From Bdellovibrionota bacterium FG-2 (GTDB lineage Bacteria > Bdellovibrionota > UBA1018), in NCBI GenBank assembly GCA_051382305.1, contig JBBCAV010000123.1, positions 1 to 15,031 of the forward strand: a stretch of 15,031 bases of DNA. Reading direction: 5' to 3'. A program made the position numbers and the translations under genes. Positions 5,131-12,804 of the stretch are shown in pieces (the first letter of the stretch is position 1; every line of letters begins with the position of its first letter). Under the pieces are notes generated by a model that was not told the origin of the DNA, did no database searches, and worked only from the letters and a program-made list of their open reading frames with translations.

Positions 5131-7652
5131 ACAAGCCTGATCACCACATCATCAAGACAGTATTGTATCCGCTGGTCTTACTGTTCGGGTTAAGTACGGC
5201 TGTTACCCTTTTCTCAATTAAAGAAACTAGAAAAGTCGCTCTTCTGTCATCTGACACGTTTATTCTTGAACAGTTAATTAAAGTATCGGACGAAGCGATT
5301 TTGAATCAAGATGTATTAGCTTTGACTGCAAATGCCCAATCCCTCATCGGTGAGAGAATGCGAATTCGGTTAACCTTTCCGGATGGGTATCAAGTGTATT
5401 ATCCGAAAGATTATTTTGCCAACTCCTGGGAACGTAAGAGTTCAATTGAGTTCAATTATAAGATGCGTTCTGGGCAGAACCTAAAAGTCGAAGCATGGAC
5501 AGGCGAGGGGAGAGAGCCGTGGGCACTCTATTTCATTTATCTTCTGCTTATTACCCTTGGCACCCTTGTATTTTTTTTAGCTTTACGAAATATTCGAAAA
5601 TGGGAAGCCGACTTCACAAGTACTGCCAAATATCTATATGGCGCAGCAAAAGAAGCAAAGGAGCCCGCCCTCCATTTCGCATTTTTTGAATCTATTGCAA
5701 GATTTGCAAGGAAGGCTATTGATAACGAGAGAGCTATGATCGAGCAAGCTTTCAAACTGGAGCAAGCGAACCACATCGCGCAACTCGCCTCCCAAGTCGC
5801 CCACGACATCCGATCCCCACTCTCCGCCCTCACCATGGCAGAAAAAGAATTCTCCAAGCTTCCTGAAGAAACCCGCCTGATCGTCCGCAGCGCCGTTGGC
5901 CGTATCCGGGACATTGCAAATACATTGCTGGAAAGAAATCGCGCGATCAAAGTTAACCAAGAATCTGCGAGCGACAATACTACCACTACGGCTGAACCAA
6001 GAACCATTCAACTGCTCTCCGCAATCCTGGACGGCATTGTGAGCGAGAAGCGCATGCAATTTCGGCCCAAGCTCGGAGTCAATATCGAGTTTGAGGACAC
6101 GCGGCGCAGTTATGGCCGATTTGCTTCCATTCAGACCGGCGAGTTCAAGCGAATGGTGTCCAACCTCATCAATAATGCCGTAGAAGCACTCCCTGACTCT
6201 GGCCAGGTTTTTGTAACCCTGAACGGGGGAGAGTCTGAAGTCGTGATCAAGGTGAGGGATACCGGCAAAGGAATTCCGCCTGAAATTTTGGCGAAGCTTG
6301 GGCGTCAGGGTGAAACCCACGGCAAAACCGACGGAAATGGGCTTGGTCTGTATCACGCGCGCACACAATGCGAAGCCTGGGGTGGCAGCCTAGTGATCAC
6401 CTCTCAAGTGGGCGAGGGAACGACAGTGGTCATCACCCTTCCACGGACCAGCCCCCCCGAGTGGTTCGTTGCAGAGCTCAAGCTACAGCCCAACTCAACC
6501 GTCGTAGTTCTCGACGACGACGACAGTATTCACCGGATTTGGCAGGGAAGGGCAGACTCCGAGAAAATGCTCGAGCAAGGCATTACACTCATTCACCTCT
6601 CGACTCCCTCCGACATTTGTAGGTGGCATGCAGAGTCGGTGAAAAATGGCCTTAAGTTGGTTCAGTATCTTTGTGACTATGAGCTACTTGGATTTGACGA
6701 AACAGGTTTAGACCTAATTGAGAAGCTTGGAATTGCCAGCCAGAGTATCTTGGTGACCAGTCGATACGAAGAACCGACAATACGAGAACGTTGTAACAAT
6801 CTTCGAGTGCCGCTCATCCCTAAGGGTAACGCGGCTATTGTACCCATCACAGTCACGGCGGCCGCCCCAGCACCGGAAACCAAAGCCCCCGATGCCATCC
6901 TCATCGACGATGATGATTTAGTGCACCTCACATGGAAGGCCGCCGCCAAGCGCAAAGGTCTTACGCTCCTGGGGTTCAAGTCTGTGGATGAGTTTCTCAG
7001 GGCCGCTGAGTTGCTGAGCCGGTCAACCCCCGTCTACATCGACTCCTACCTCGGCAACGACTCAACCGGTAAGCCCGTTCAAGGCGAGGAAGCATCCCGT
7101 GATATTTCAGCCATGGGCTTCAAGGAGATCTACCTAGCCACTGGGCTCGCACCGACCAATCCCGAGCGCTACACGTGGCTTACGGGAATCCGGGATAAGG
7201 ACCCACCTTTTACTGAGCCCCCTGTAGCGGTGGAAATCGACTACGCAAAAGTACGCAACTACTGCCATGACCTGCTTAAGCCGATCCAACAGGCCAGCAA
7301 CATTCTGAGGATGATCGACAACGTCAATCTCGATGACCCCACTGATCCAGAGTCCCTTTCTGACTACCTGCCACTCCTGGATGGGGTCGGCAAGACACTC
7401 ACCAGCCAGCGCAATCATCGCCTTCAGATGAGAGCCGAGATGACGGCCGGTGACCTTACCCGCGTTGCGGACTTGGATGATCGTCTCATGAAGGCTTATG
7501 ACGAAGTCCAACGAAGCGCAGTTTGCTCTCCTGATCAAATCGTGGGGCTAAAACGCAGCGGAGAGCTCAGTCAGCGCTTTAAGGTGCTCCAAGTGGAGTC
7601 ATCGGCCCTGGCACGCGATTCGGCCGCACTCCTCAACGCGAACCGAAATTAA
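5127..7652 (+). CDS. Membrane-bound hybrid sensor histidine kinase: TM-periplasmic-TM, HisKA, HATPase, two receiver-like domains, C-terminal HisKA-like helical domain
   Basis: Two TM segments. H-box QVAHDIRSPL (H226), N-box NLINNAVEA, G1 DTGKGI, G2 GNGLGL. REC1 VLDDDD...LCDY...LVTS...IPK; REC2 LIDDDD...YIDS...LATG...DK. C-terminal CHDLLKPI (H714). ATGA 4-nt overlap with the upstream gene. Confidence 0.92.
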   Translation: MNKPDHHIIKTVLYPLVLLFGLSTAVTLFSIKETRKVALLSSDTFILEQLIKVSDEAILNQDVLALTANAQSLIGERMRIRLTFPDGYQVYYPKDYFANSWERKSSIEFNYKMRSGQNLKVEAWTGEGREPWALYFIYLLLITLGTLVFFLALRNIRKWEADFTSTAKYLYGAAKEAKEPALHFAFFESIARFARKAIDNERAMIEQAFKLEQANHIAQLASQVAHDIRSPLSALTMAEKEFSKLPEETRLIVRSAVGRIRDIANTLLERNRAIKVNQESASDNTTTTAEPRTIQLLSAILDGIVSEKRMQFRPKLGVNIEFEDTRRSYGRFASIQTGEFKRMVSNLINNAVEALPDSGQVFVTLNGGESEVVIKVRDTGKGIPPEILAKLGRQGETHGKTDGNGLGLYHARTQCEAWGGSLVITSQVGEGTTVVITLPRTSPPEWFVAELKLQPNSTVVVLDDDDSIHRIWQGRADSEKMLEQGITLIHLSTPSDICRWHAESVKNGLKLVQYLCDYELLGFDETGLDLIEKLGIASQSILVTSRYEEPTIRERCNNLRVPLIPKGNAAIVPITVTAAAPAPETKAPDAILIDDDDLVHLTWKAAAKRKGLTLLGFKSVDEFLRAAELLSRSTPVYIDSYLGNDSTGKPVQGEEASRDISAMGFKEIYLATGLAPTNPERYTWLTGIRDKDPPFTEPPVAVEIDYAKVRNYCHDLLKPIQQASNILRMIDNVNLDDPTDPESLSDYLPLLDGVGKTLTSQRNHRLQMRAEMTAGDLTRVADLDDRLMKAYDEVQRSAVCSPDQIVGLKRSGELSQRFKVLQVESSALARDSAALLNANRN

Positions 7653-7693
7653 AAACAGGGGATCATAAAACGTGACTGAAACCCTGCCCCTCC

Positions 7694-7699
7694 CACCGG
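7694..7699 (+). repeat. Target-site duplication, left copy (CACCGG)
   Basis: Identical to 10394-10399 and directly abuts the TG terminus. Confidence 0.9.
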
Positions 7700-7865
7700 T
7701 GTTCCGTCCCAGGTAATCGACGACAGTTTTCGTAACCCTATTCCCACATAGACGACGACAGATTGAGGCCATCCATTCCCAGATACACGACGACAGTATG
7801 GGAGGGGTGATTCTCAGTTTCCGGCGCCACTTATCAAGGGGTCATTCCCAGATGAGCGACGACAC
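7700..7865 (+). repeat. IS21 left end: terminal IR (7700-7727) plus five ~20-bp repeats, consensus TCCCAGATNNNCGACGACAG
   Basis: Copies start at 7707, 7742, 7777, 7812 (degenerate) and 7846, a period of 35/35/35/34 bp. Multiple subterminal IstA-binding repeats are typical of IS21. Confidence 0.9.
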
Positions 7866-7923
7866 CTGAATTTATTGAATTTCGATGATTCCCTCTCCTT
7901 AAACCAATGGAGGGAGTCAGAGG

Positions 7924-9510
7924 ATGACACGTCAGGCAAGGAAACGTCTTATGGACCGGAAAATTGTGGAACTGCTTTTACAGGGGGTGAGTGCCCGAGA
8001 GGCGATGCGACAACTGCGACTGGGAGACCGCAGGGTTCGCAAAGTGAAGTTGCTTGCTGAGGAATATGGGTACCTAAGCCGAACTGAACCAGTGCCACTC
8101 CCCTTGTACCCTGAGCCACTTTTTCCGGATGGGCCTGATGGACGGGCAAATAAGGCGTCAGAGGCCAACACGCTAATGTTGGCCAGAAAGCCTTGGGTCA
8201 TCGAGCGCCTTGAAGCCGGATGGCATCCCATCACCGTTTACGAAGAACTGGGGATAGCAGTAAGTCGATCAAGCTTTTACCGGTTTTTACACCGCCATGA
8301 AATCTATAAACTCTCTGAGGGTTCTCGTAGGGTGGTCCCTGAGATTATCCACAACCCCGGGGAGGCCCTGCTTCTGGACTGGGGCAAGCTTAGAGATGTC
8401 GTTGATCCAGAGACGGGAAAAAGGCGCATTTTGTGGGCTTTTGTTGGGGTACTCGGCTACTCGCGCTACCTCATGGTGCGTCTCGTCTGGACTAATGAGA
8501 CTCAAGTAACCCTTCGTGCGATTGAAAGCATGCTCAGGGAAATTGGCGGTGTTCCAGAGCGAGTTACCTCGGACAACCCCAAATGTTTCGCACTTGAGGC
8601 ATCCCGCTACGAGCCTCTTCTTAATCCCGCCTTCGAGCGAATGGCGGGTCATTACGGCATGAGGATTGAGTGCCTCCCACCGGCTGACCCGGAAAAAAAG
8701 GGGAAAGTAGAGCGTCCCATGCCGTACATCCGTCGACTATACGAGGCCCACGGCGAGGTCTGGCATGGCATCGAGGAATCTCAAGCTTACCTGGAACGTA
8801 AACTTTTACTGGCCAACGAACGCAAACATGGCACCACTCGCATGAAGCCGATCGAGCAACTACTTCAAGTTGAAGTCAGCCAACTCAAGCCGCTGCCATC
8901 GCTAGCCTACGAGCCCGAAGAAGTCAGTGAAGGCAAGGTAAGGCGGGATGGTCATGTCAGGTTTGATAGCAAATACTACTCGCTCGAAGAAAGATTTATC
9001 GGCAAGGAAGTCCTGATTCTTGCCACCAAAACCCAAGTGTCGCTCTACCACCAAGGCCACCTGGTTGAGGTCCATGAGCGCATACCACTTACGAATGCAC
9101 TCACCTCAAAATCAACGAAACTACACCACCGAAAACCCTGGGAAAGAGAAATGCAAGATGAGTCCATGTATCGCAGCAAGGCCCTGAAACTGGGGCCTGA
9201 CGTCGATCGATTGGTTCTGATGATTTTAAGTCAGGGCCAAGGGTTTATCGACACCCGTAAAATTTGGGGCGTTTTAAGCTTAGACAAGACGTACTCACCG
9301 GCCCAAATAAACGAAGCTTGCCGCCAGGCCATTGAGCTTGACGCCATCGGTTACCGGTCAATCAAGGCGCTCATCAAACTTCTCCCCCAAGATCCAAAAG
9401 GCGCGAATCCTCAACAAAGAGACTCCAAGCAAGCGAGCCAATTAGACGCCAAAAACAAGTTCGTTAGATCAATGTCGGTCTACGAAGAACAGCTCAAATT
9501 ACTGCATTAA
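7924..9510 (+). CDS. istA: IS21-family DDE transposase IstA, 528 aa
   Basis: N-terminal HTH-like region; PGEALLLDWG (D), LGYSRY, TSDNPK (D), KGKVER (E); C-terminal VRRDGHVRFDSKYYS beta-barrel motif. Confidence 0.96.
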   Translation: MTRQARKRLMDRKIVELLLQGVSAREAMRQLRLGDRRVRKVKLLAEEYGYLSRTEPVPLPLYPEPLFPDGPDGRANKASEANTLMLARKPWVIERLEAGWHPITVYEELGIAVSRSSFYRFLHRHEIYKLSEGSRRVVPEIIHNPGEALLLDWGKLRDVVDPETGKRRILWAFVGVLGYSRYLMVRLVWTNETQVTLRAIESMLREIGGVPERVTSDNPKCFALEASRYEPLLNPAFERMAGHYGMRIECLPPADPEKKGKVERPMPYIRRLYEAHGEVWHGIEESQAYLERKLLLANERKHGTTRMKPIEQLLQVEVSQLKPLPSLAYEPEEVSEGKVRRDGHVRFDSKYYSLEERFIGKEVLILATKTQVSLYHQGHLVEVHERIPLTNALTSKSTKLHHRKPWEREMQDESMYRSKALKLGPDVDRLVLMILSQGQGFIDTRKIWGVLSLDKTYSPAQINEACRQAIELDAIGYRSIKALIKLLPQDPKGANPQQRDSKQASQLDAKNKFVRSMSVYEEQLKLLH

Positions 9511-9552
9511 TTTGAGTTCTAACCCAAACAAAACAAAAGGAAATAAAATCCC

Positions 9553-10323
9553 ATGACACCTGAAATATTAAAGTCGCTTCTGGGAGACCTCAGGCTGCCC
9601 ACTGCGGCGAAAGAGCTTGAGGTCATACTATCGAGTCAGAAAAAAGCGGTGAGCCTCGGCTGGGTCGCAGACCTCCTCGAACGAGAAATCGACTCCAGAC
9701 GAGAAAACAGTCTAAAAGCTCGACTTAAAAGTGCGAGATTCCCTGAAATCACCACCCTTGAGGGTTTTGACTTTAGTTTTAACCCAGATATTGATGAAGA
9801 AAAGATCAGGGAACTCGCGACCCTCAAGTTTATGAGTCAAAACCAAATCGCACTCTTTCTTGGGGCTCCCGGGGTCGGGAAAACTCACCTTGCGCTAGCC
9901 ATTGGGGTCCTGGCCGTGCGCGATGGCCGCCGGGTTTACTGCACGAGTGCAAAACGACTTTCTCAGGAAATCATACTGGGAAAGCTCCGAGGAAATCTTG
10001 ACTTACTTTTCAAGAAACTGCTGTCGGCCCACCTTTGGATTATTGACGACTGGGGCGTCGTATCGATGAACCGAGAAGTGGCGGAGAAAATGTTCGACCT
10101 CATGGACCGCCGCAAACATAGCTCCGCAATGATCCTAACCAGCAATCGTGACGTCAGTGAGTGGGCTCAGGTTTTTCCAGACCCTATCATTGCAAACGCG
10201 ACCGTCGACCGCATCTTTGACCGGGCTAAAACGGTTCTATTTAAAGGCGAGAGTTACAGGCTAAAAGGTCGGATTGTGACAAGGGATGTTAAAGAGATTG
10301 ACGAAGTAATAAAAAAACACTAA
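9553..10323 (+). CDS. istB: IS21-family AAA+ ATPase helper IstB, 256 aa
   Basis: Walker A GAPGVGKT, Walker B WIIDD, LTSN, ATVDRI and GESYR motifs. AAGGA RBS upstream. Confidence 0.96.
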   Translation: MTPEILKSLLGDLRLPTAAKELEVILSSQKKAVSLGWVADLLEREIDSRRENSLKARLKSARFPEITTLEGFDFSFNPDIDEEKIRELATLKFMSQNQIALFLGAPGVGKTHLALAIGVLAVRDGRRVYCTSAKRLSQEIILGKLRGNLDLLFKKLLSAHLWIIDDWGVVSMNREVAEKMFDLMDRRKHSSAMILTSNRDVSEWAQVFPDPIIANATVDRIFDRAKTVLFKGESYRLKGRIVTRDVKEIDEVIKKH

Positions 10324-10341
10324 TTGACCCACTCAAATCAG

Positions 10342-10393
10342 GTGTCGTCCATTATGTGGGACGGTACTGTCGTCGGATACCTGGGACGTGACA
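10342..10393 (-). repeat. IS21 right end: terminal IR (10366-10393) with two inverted copies of the 20-bp repeat
   Basis: The reverse complement TGTCACGTCCCAGGTATCCGACGACAGT matches the left end TGTTCCGTCCCAGGTAATCGACGACAGT at 24/28. The second copy TCCCACATAATGGACGACAC is at 10361-10342. Confidence 0.9.
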
Positions 10394-10399
10394 CACCGG
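10394..10399 (+). repeat. Target-site duplication, right copy (CACCGG)
   Basis: Identical to 7694-7699 and directly follows the terminal CA. Confidence 0.9.
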
Positions 10400-10491
10400 G
10401 GCGGTCAACCTTCTTCCTCGGTTGATCTGAAAGCAACCAGTTTGATATCTCCCTTGTTTCTACTTTCTCAGTAGAAGTAGGATTTGGGTTC

Positions 10492-11382
10492 GTGAAGCGC
10501 CTTCGATCGCACGGCAGAATTATCCTTTTCACAGCCTTCGTCGCGGTTAGATCCCCAGCTACGACCCAGCATTTTCTTGTTCAAGTGTCGGATGACCGCT
10601 TGGTTCACGCCACATTAAATCTACCGAGCGGCCTTCTCCCAGGACAAAGGGTTCCCGTCCTCATGGTTTTTGGCGGCTTTGAAGGCGCCGGAAGGGTTTT
10701 AGATTTGATTCATACCGAAAAACCCATAGCCTTGGCGAGTTTCGACTATCCCTTCTCTCAGTCCAGGAATCTTAAATTTCCAGGCGTCCTTCAAGCGCTC
10801 CCGGAAGCCAAGCAACTATTTCCCGCTACAGTCCAAGGTATTTTGGACCTAGCGAAATCTCTTCGGAGTCGGCCGGAAATCGATCCCCATCGTATTTTTG
10901 CATTGGGTGCAAGCTTCGGCTCCCCGTTTGTTTTAGCCGCTGCAGCTAAGGACGCAGATATTTCTGCGGTAATTCTGGTTCATGCCTTTGGCCAAGTTCC
11001 CGAGACCGCAGAACACGTGCTCCTCCGAAGCTGGTTGCCTCGTTATGGCTGGATTTCACGTCCGGCTGCCTGGTTTTTGTCCCGGCTCTTCTGGCTTTAT
11101 CTCGGAATTGAGTCTCCCGAAACCGATGCACAAAAACTCAACGACAAACAGCGCGTCTTCATGATTACCGCCTCCCAGGACTCCTTTATTCCACAATCAT
11201 CATCGAATTCTCTTTGGCTCGCGCTTCAGCAATCTCCCGCTCACGTCACACGAAAAGTCATGATAACGGACCATTTAATGCCGGGATCAGAAAAACTGAT
11301 CGATGAAATTATCCACGAGGTTGAAACGTGGATTGACCAGACTAAAAGTACGCAATCGACGACAAATTCACTCACCGAGTAA
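10492..11382 (+). CDS. Alpha/beta-fold serine hydrolase, probably exported, 296 aa
   Basis: Nucleophile elbow LGASFG (GxSxG), VFGG oxyanion-like loop, candidate Asp (ASQDSFIP) and His (TDHL). Basic-then-hydrophobic N-terminus. GTG start with AGGA 9 nt upstream. Confidence 0.85.
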   Translation: MKRLRSHGRIILFTAFVAVRSPATTQHFLVQVSDDRLVHATLNLPSGLLPGQRVPVLMVFGGFEGAGRVLDLIHTEKPIALASFDYPFSQSRNLKFPGVLQALPEAKQLFPATVQGILDLAKSLRSRPEIDPHRIFALGASFGSPFVLAAAAKDADISAVILVHAFGQVPETAEHVLLRSWLPRYGWISRPAAWFLSRLFWLYLGIESPETDAQKLNDKQRVFMITASQDSFIPQSSSNSLWLALQQSPAHVTRKVMITDHLMPGSEKLIDEIIHEVETWIDQTKSTQSTTNSLTE

Positions 11383-11424
11383 TTCAAATAAACTGTCTTA
11401 TATTGAAGACTTAGGCAAATTATC

Positions 11425-12804
11425 TTGATACAATCCAACTCACGTATCTTGATGGCAACCAGTAATACCCTCCTCATTCTAGGTCTTCTTGCGGTCTCGG
11501 GCTCTTTGGAGGCCCAGGCTGTGGAATATTACGGCCGAGCGATGGCCGGAGCATTGCTTTCATCGGAACAAAGCAAAGACACCTCGGACCCAACCGTGGG
11601 GAATGACTCCAGCATCGTGTCGAGTCGCCTATCCGCTCGCATTCTTGGGCTGAGTTCGTATGGCTTTGAAGGAAACCTCGATTTAAGAGACAAAAATGAC
11701 TTTTTCGAAAAGCTCGACCGCGAGAAGCTTCAACTCACCTCCGGAAACCAGTTTCAGGTGCAACAACTCAATGCGCGGTTACCTGCAATCTCGAGCCGAA
11801 TTTTCGGCACCGTTGGGCGTTTTAGCCTTCCCGAGACCGGCGGGAAATTTAGCGATGGCCTCGAAACAGGATATCGCTGGAATGATTCGTGGCGCACGGC
11901 AATTTTTGGAGGCCTCAATCCCAAACTCGAGGAACAAACGTTTGTTACCTATAATCCAGATAGCCAGATCTTAGGCACTTATACCTCCTATCAACCCCAA
12001 GTCTTTTCTTCCTCCCAAAGCGCTTTTTGGTCAACCGCTTGGGTGGGGGAGCGCACCGCCGCTCACCTAGATAGGCTTTTTTGGTTTAACGAGTTTATTT
12101 TTCATTATTCAAACACCAATCAGTTGATCGCAATGGGGTTCTTTGACTTCATCCCCAGATTCGAAATTCAAACAGCCCTCCTTTCGTGGCACCAAGAGCT
12201 CATGAGCCATTGGTCCTCTCAATTGAATTTGACGGCAATCGATGTCATCGAATATTCGCGGCGCAAAGGAATCCTAGAAACCTTGCCCTCAAGCCCTTAC
12301 CGAGAAGCGGCTCTGAGCCTAAGGCGCCAATGGGGTGAGGCCGGATTTTTTGACTTCAACGGATCATATGGTCTTCGAGATCTAGATTCACTCGCCAAAA
12401 TCGAGTTTTCAGCGGGACCTTCTTTTTACCGAGTTTTTGACCCAAATATCTCATTTAAGTTATTAGAAGGGGCCCGGCGCAACTTTATCAGCAACGATCT
12501 CTTTACTCGGATAGGTGGCTCTTACTTTGGAAAAACCTGGGAAGTCGATGTAGACTTCGGCTTTTCCCGTGTTGCTGAAAATGATGGCGCCACAAAGCAT
12601 CAATGGATCAATGAAATCGCTTACTCGCATTACTTCGGACGAGAACTGCTTGCCTCCTTATCGCTTGAGCAGGCCAGGGACGAGCAAACATCCATTTGGA
12701 GCGGCTCCGTTCGAGTGAGTTACTCTTTCGGACAAAGATCGTTTGCACCCCTTCCGCAGCAGGCACCTCCTCCTAGCCCAATCCCTCCGATGGGGAGGCT
12801 CTGA
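11425..12804 (+). CDS. Probable outer-membrane beta-barrel protein (candidate porin of a porin-cytochrome complex); ATG 11452 is a plausible start
   Basis: Signal peptide ending AQA|VE. Many amphipathic beta-strand-like segments rich in aromatic residues and Gly (GFEGNLDLR, FGTVGRF, DGLETGYRW, WEVDVDFGF, VRVSYSF). Stop overlaps the cytochrome start (TGATG). Confidence 0.7.
   Translation: MIQSNSRILMATSNTLLILGLLAVSGSLEAQAVEYYGRAMAGALLSSEQSKDTSDPTVGNDSSIVSSRLSARILGLSSYGFEGNLDLRDKNDFFEKLDREKLQLTSGNQFQVQQLNARLPAISSRIFGTVGRFSLPETGGKFSDGLETGYRWNDSWRTAIFGGLNPKLEEQTFVTYNPDSQILGTYTSYQPQVFSSSQSAFWSTAWVGERTAAHLDRLFWFNEFIFHYSNTNQLIAMGFFDFIPRFEIQTALLSWHQELMSHWSSQLNLTAIDVIEYSRRKGILETLPSSPYREAALSLRRQWGEAGFFDFNGSYGLRDLDSLAKIEFSAGPSFYRVFDPNISFKLLEGARRNFISNDLFTRIGGSYFGKTWEVDVDFGFSRVAENDGATKHQWINEIAYSHYFGRELLASLSLEQARDEQTSIWSGSVRVSYSFGQRSFAPLPQQAPPPSPIPPMGRL

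Larger units (their letters stand above)
7700..10393 (+). mobile_element. Complete IS21-family insertion sequence, 2694 bp
   Basis: TG...CA ends, terminal inverted repeats 24/28 identical, 6-bp direct flanks CACCGG (7694-7699 and 10394-10399), intact istA and istB. Confidence 0.96.

Noticed and set aside
5634-6368. 244-aa minus-strand ORF (also 5537-6007, 6677-6979, 7134-7538)
   Set aside because: Antisense shadows of the well-supported kinase gene in its GC-richer part, with no motifs.
7707-7865. Regularly spaced ~20-bp repeats resembling a mini CRISPR array
   Set aside because: Spacers are only ~15 nt, the repeats are imperfect, inverted copies occur at the other IS end and there are no cas genes. 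They are IS21 subterminal repeats.
10036-10053. IstB Walker B reads IIDDW rather than the more familiar IIDE
   Set aside because: DD variants occur in IstB/DnaC-like ATPases and all other motifs are intact, so this is not evidence of inactivation.
10458-10476. Inverted repeat TTCTACT-5nt-AGTAGAA upstream of the hydrolase
   Set aside because: Weak AT-rich stem with no U-tract and no confidently identifiable associated promoter; it could be chance.
7875-10532. Small ORFs inside or crossing the IS (7875-8060, 7932-8234, 8287-8652, 8297-8509, 9636-9827, 9963-10145, 10338-10532)
   Set aside because: They overlap istA/istB or span the IS terminus, so there is no evidence for passenger genes.
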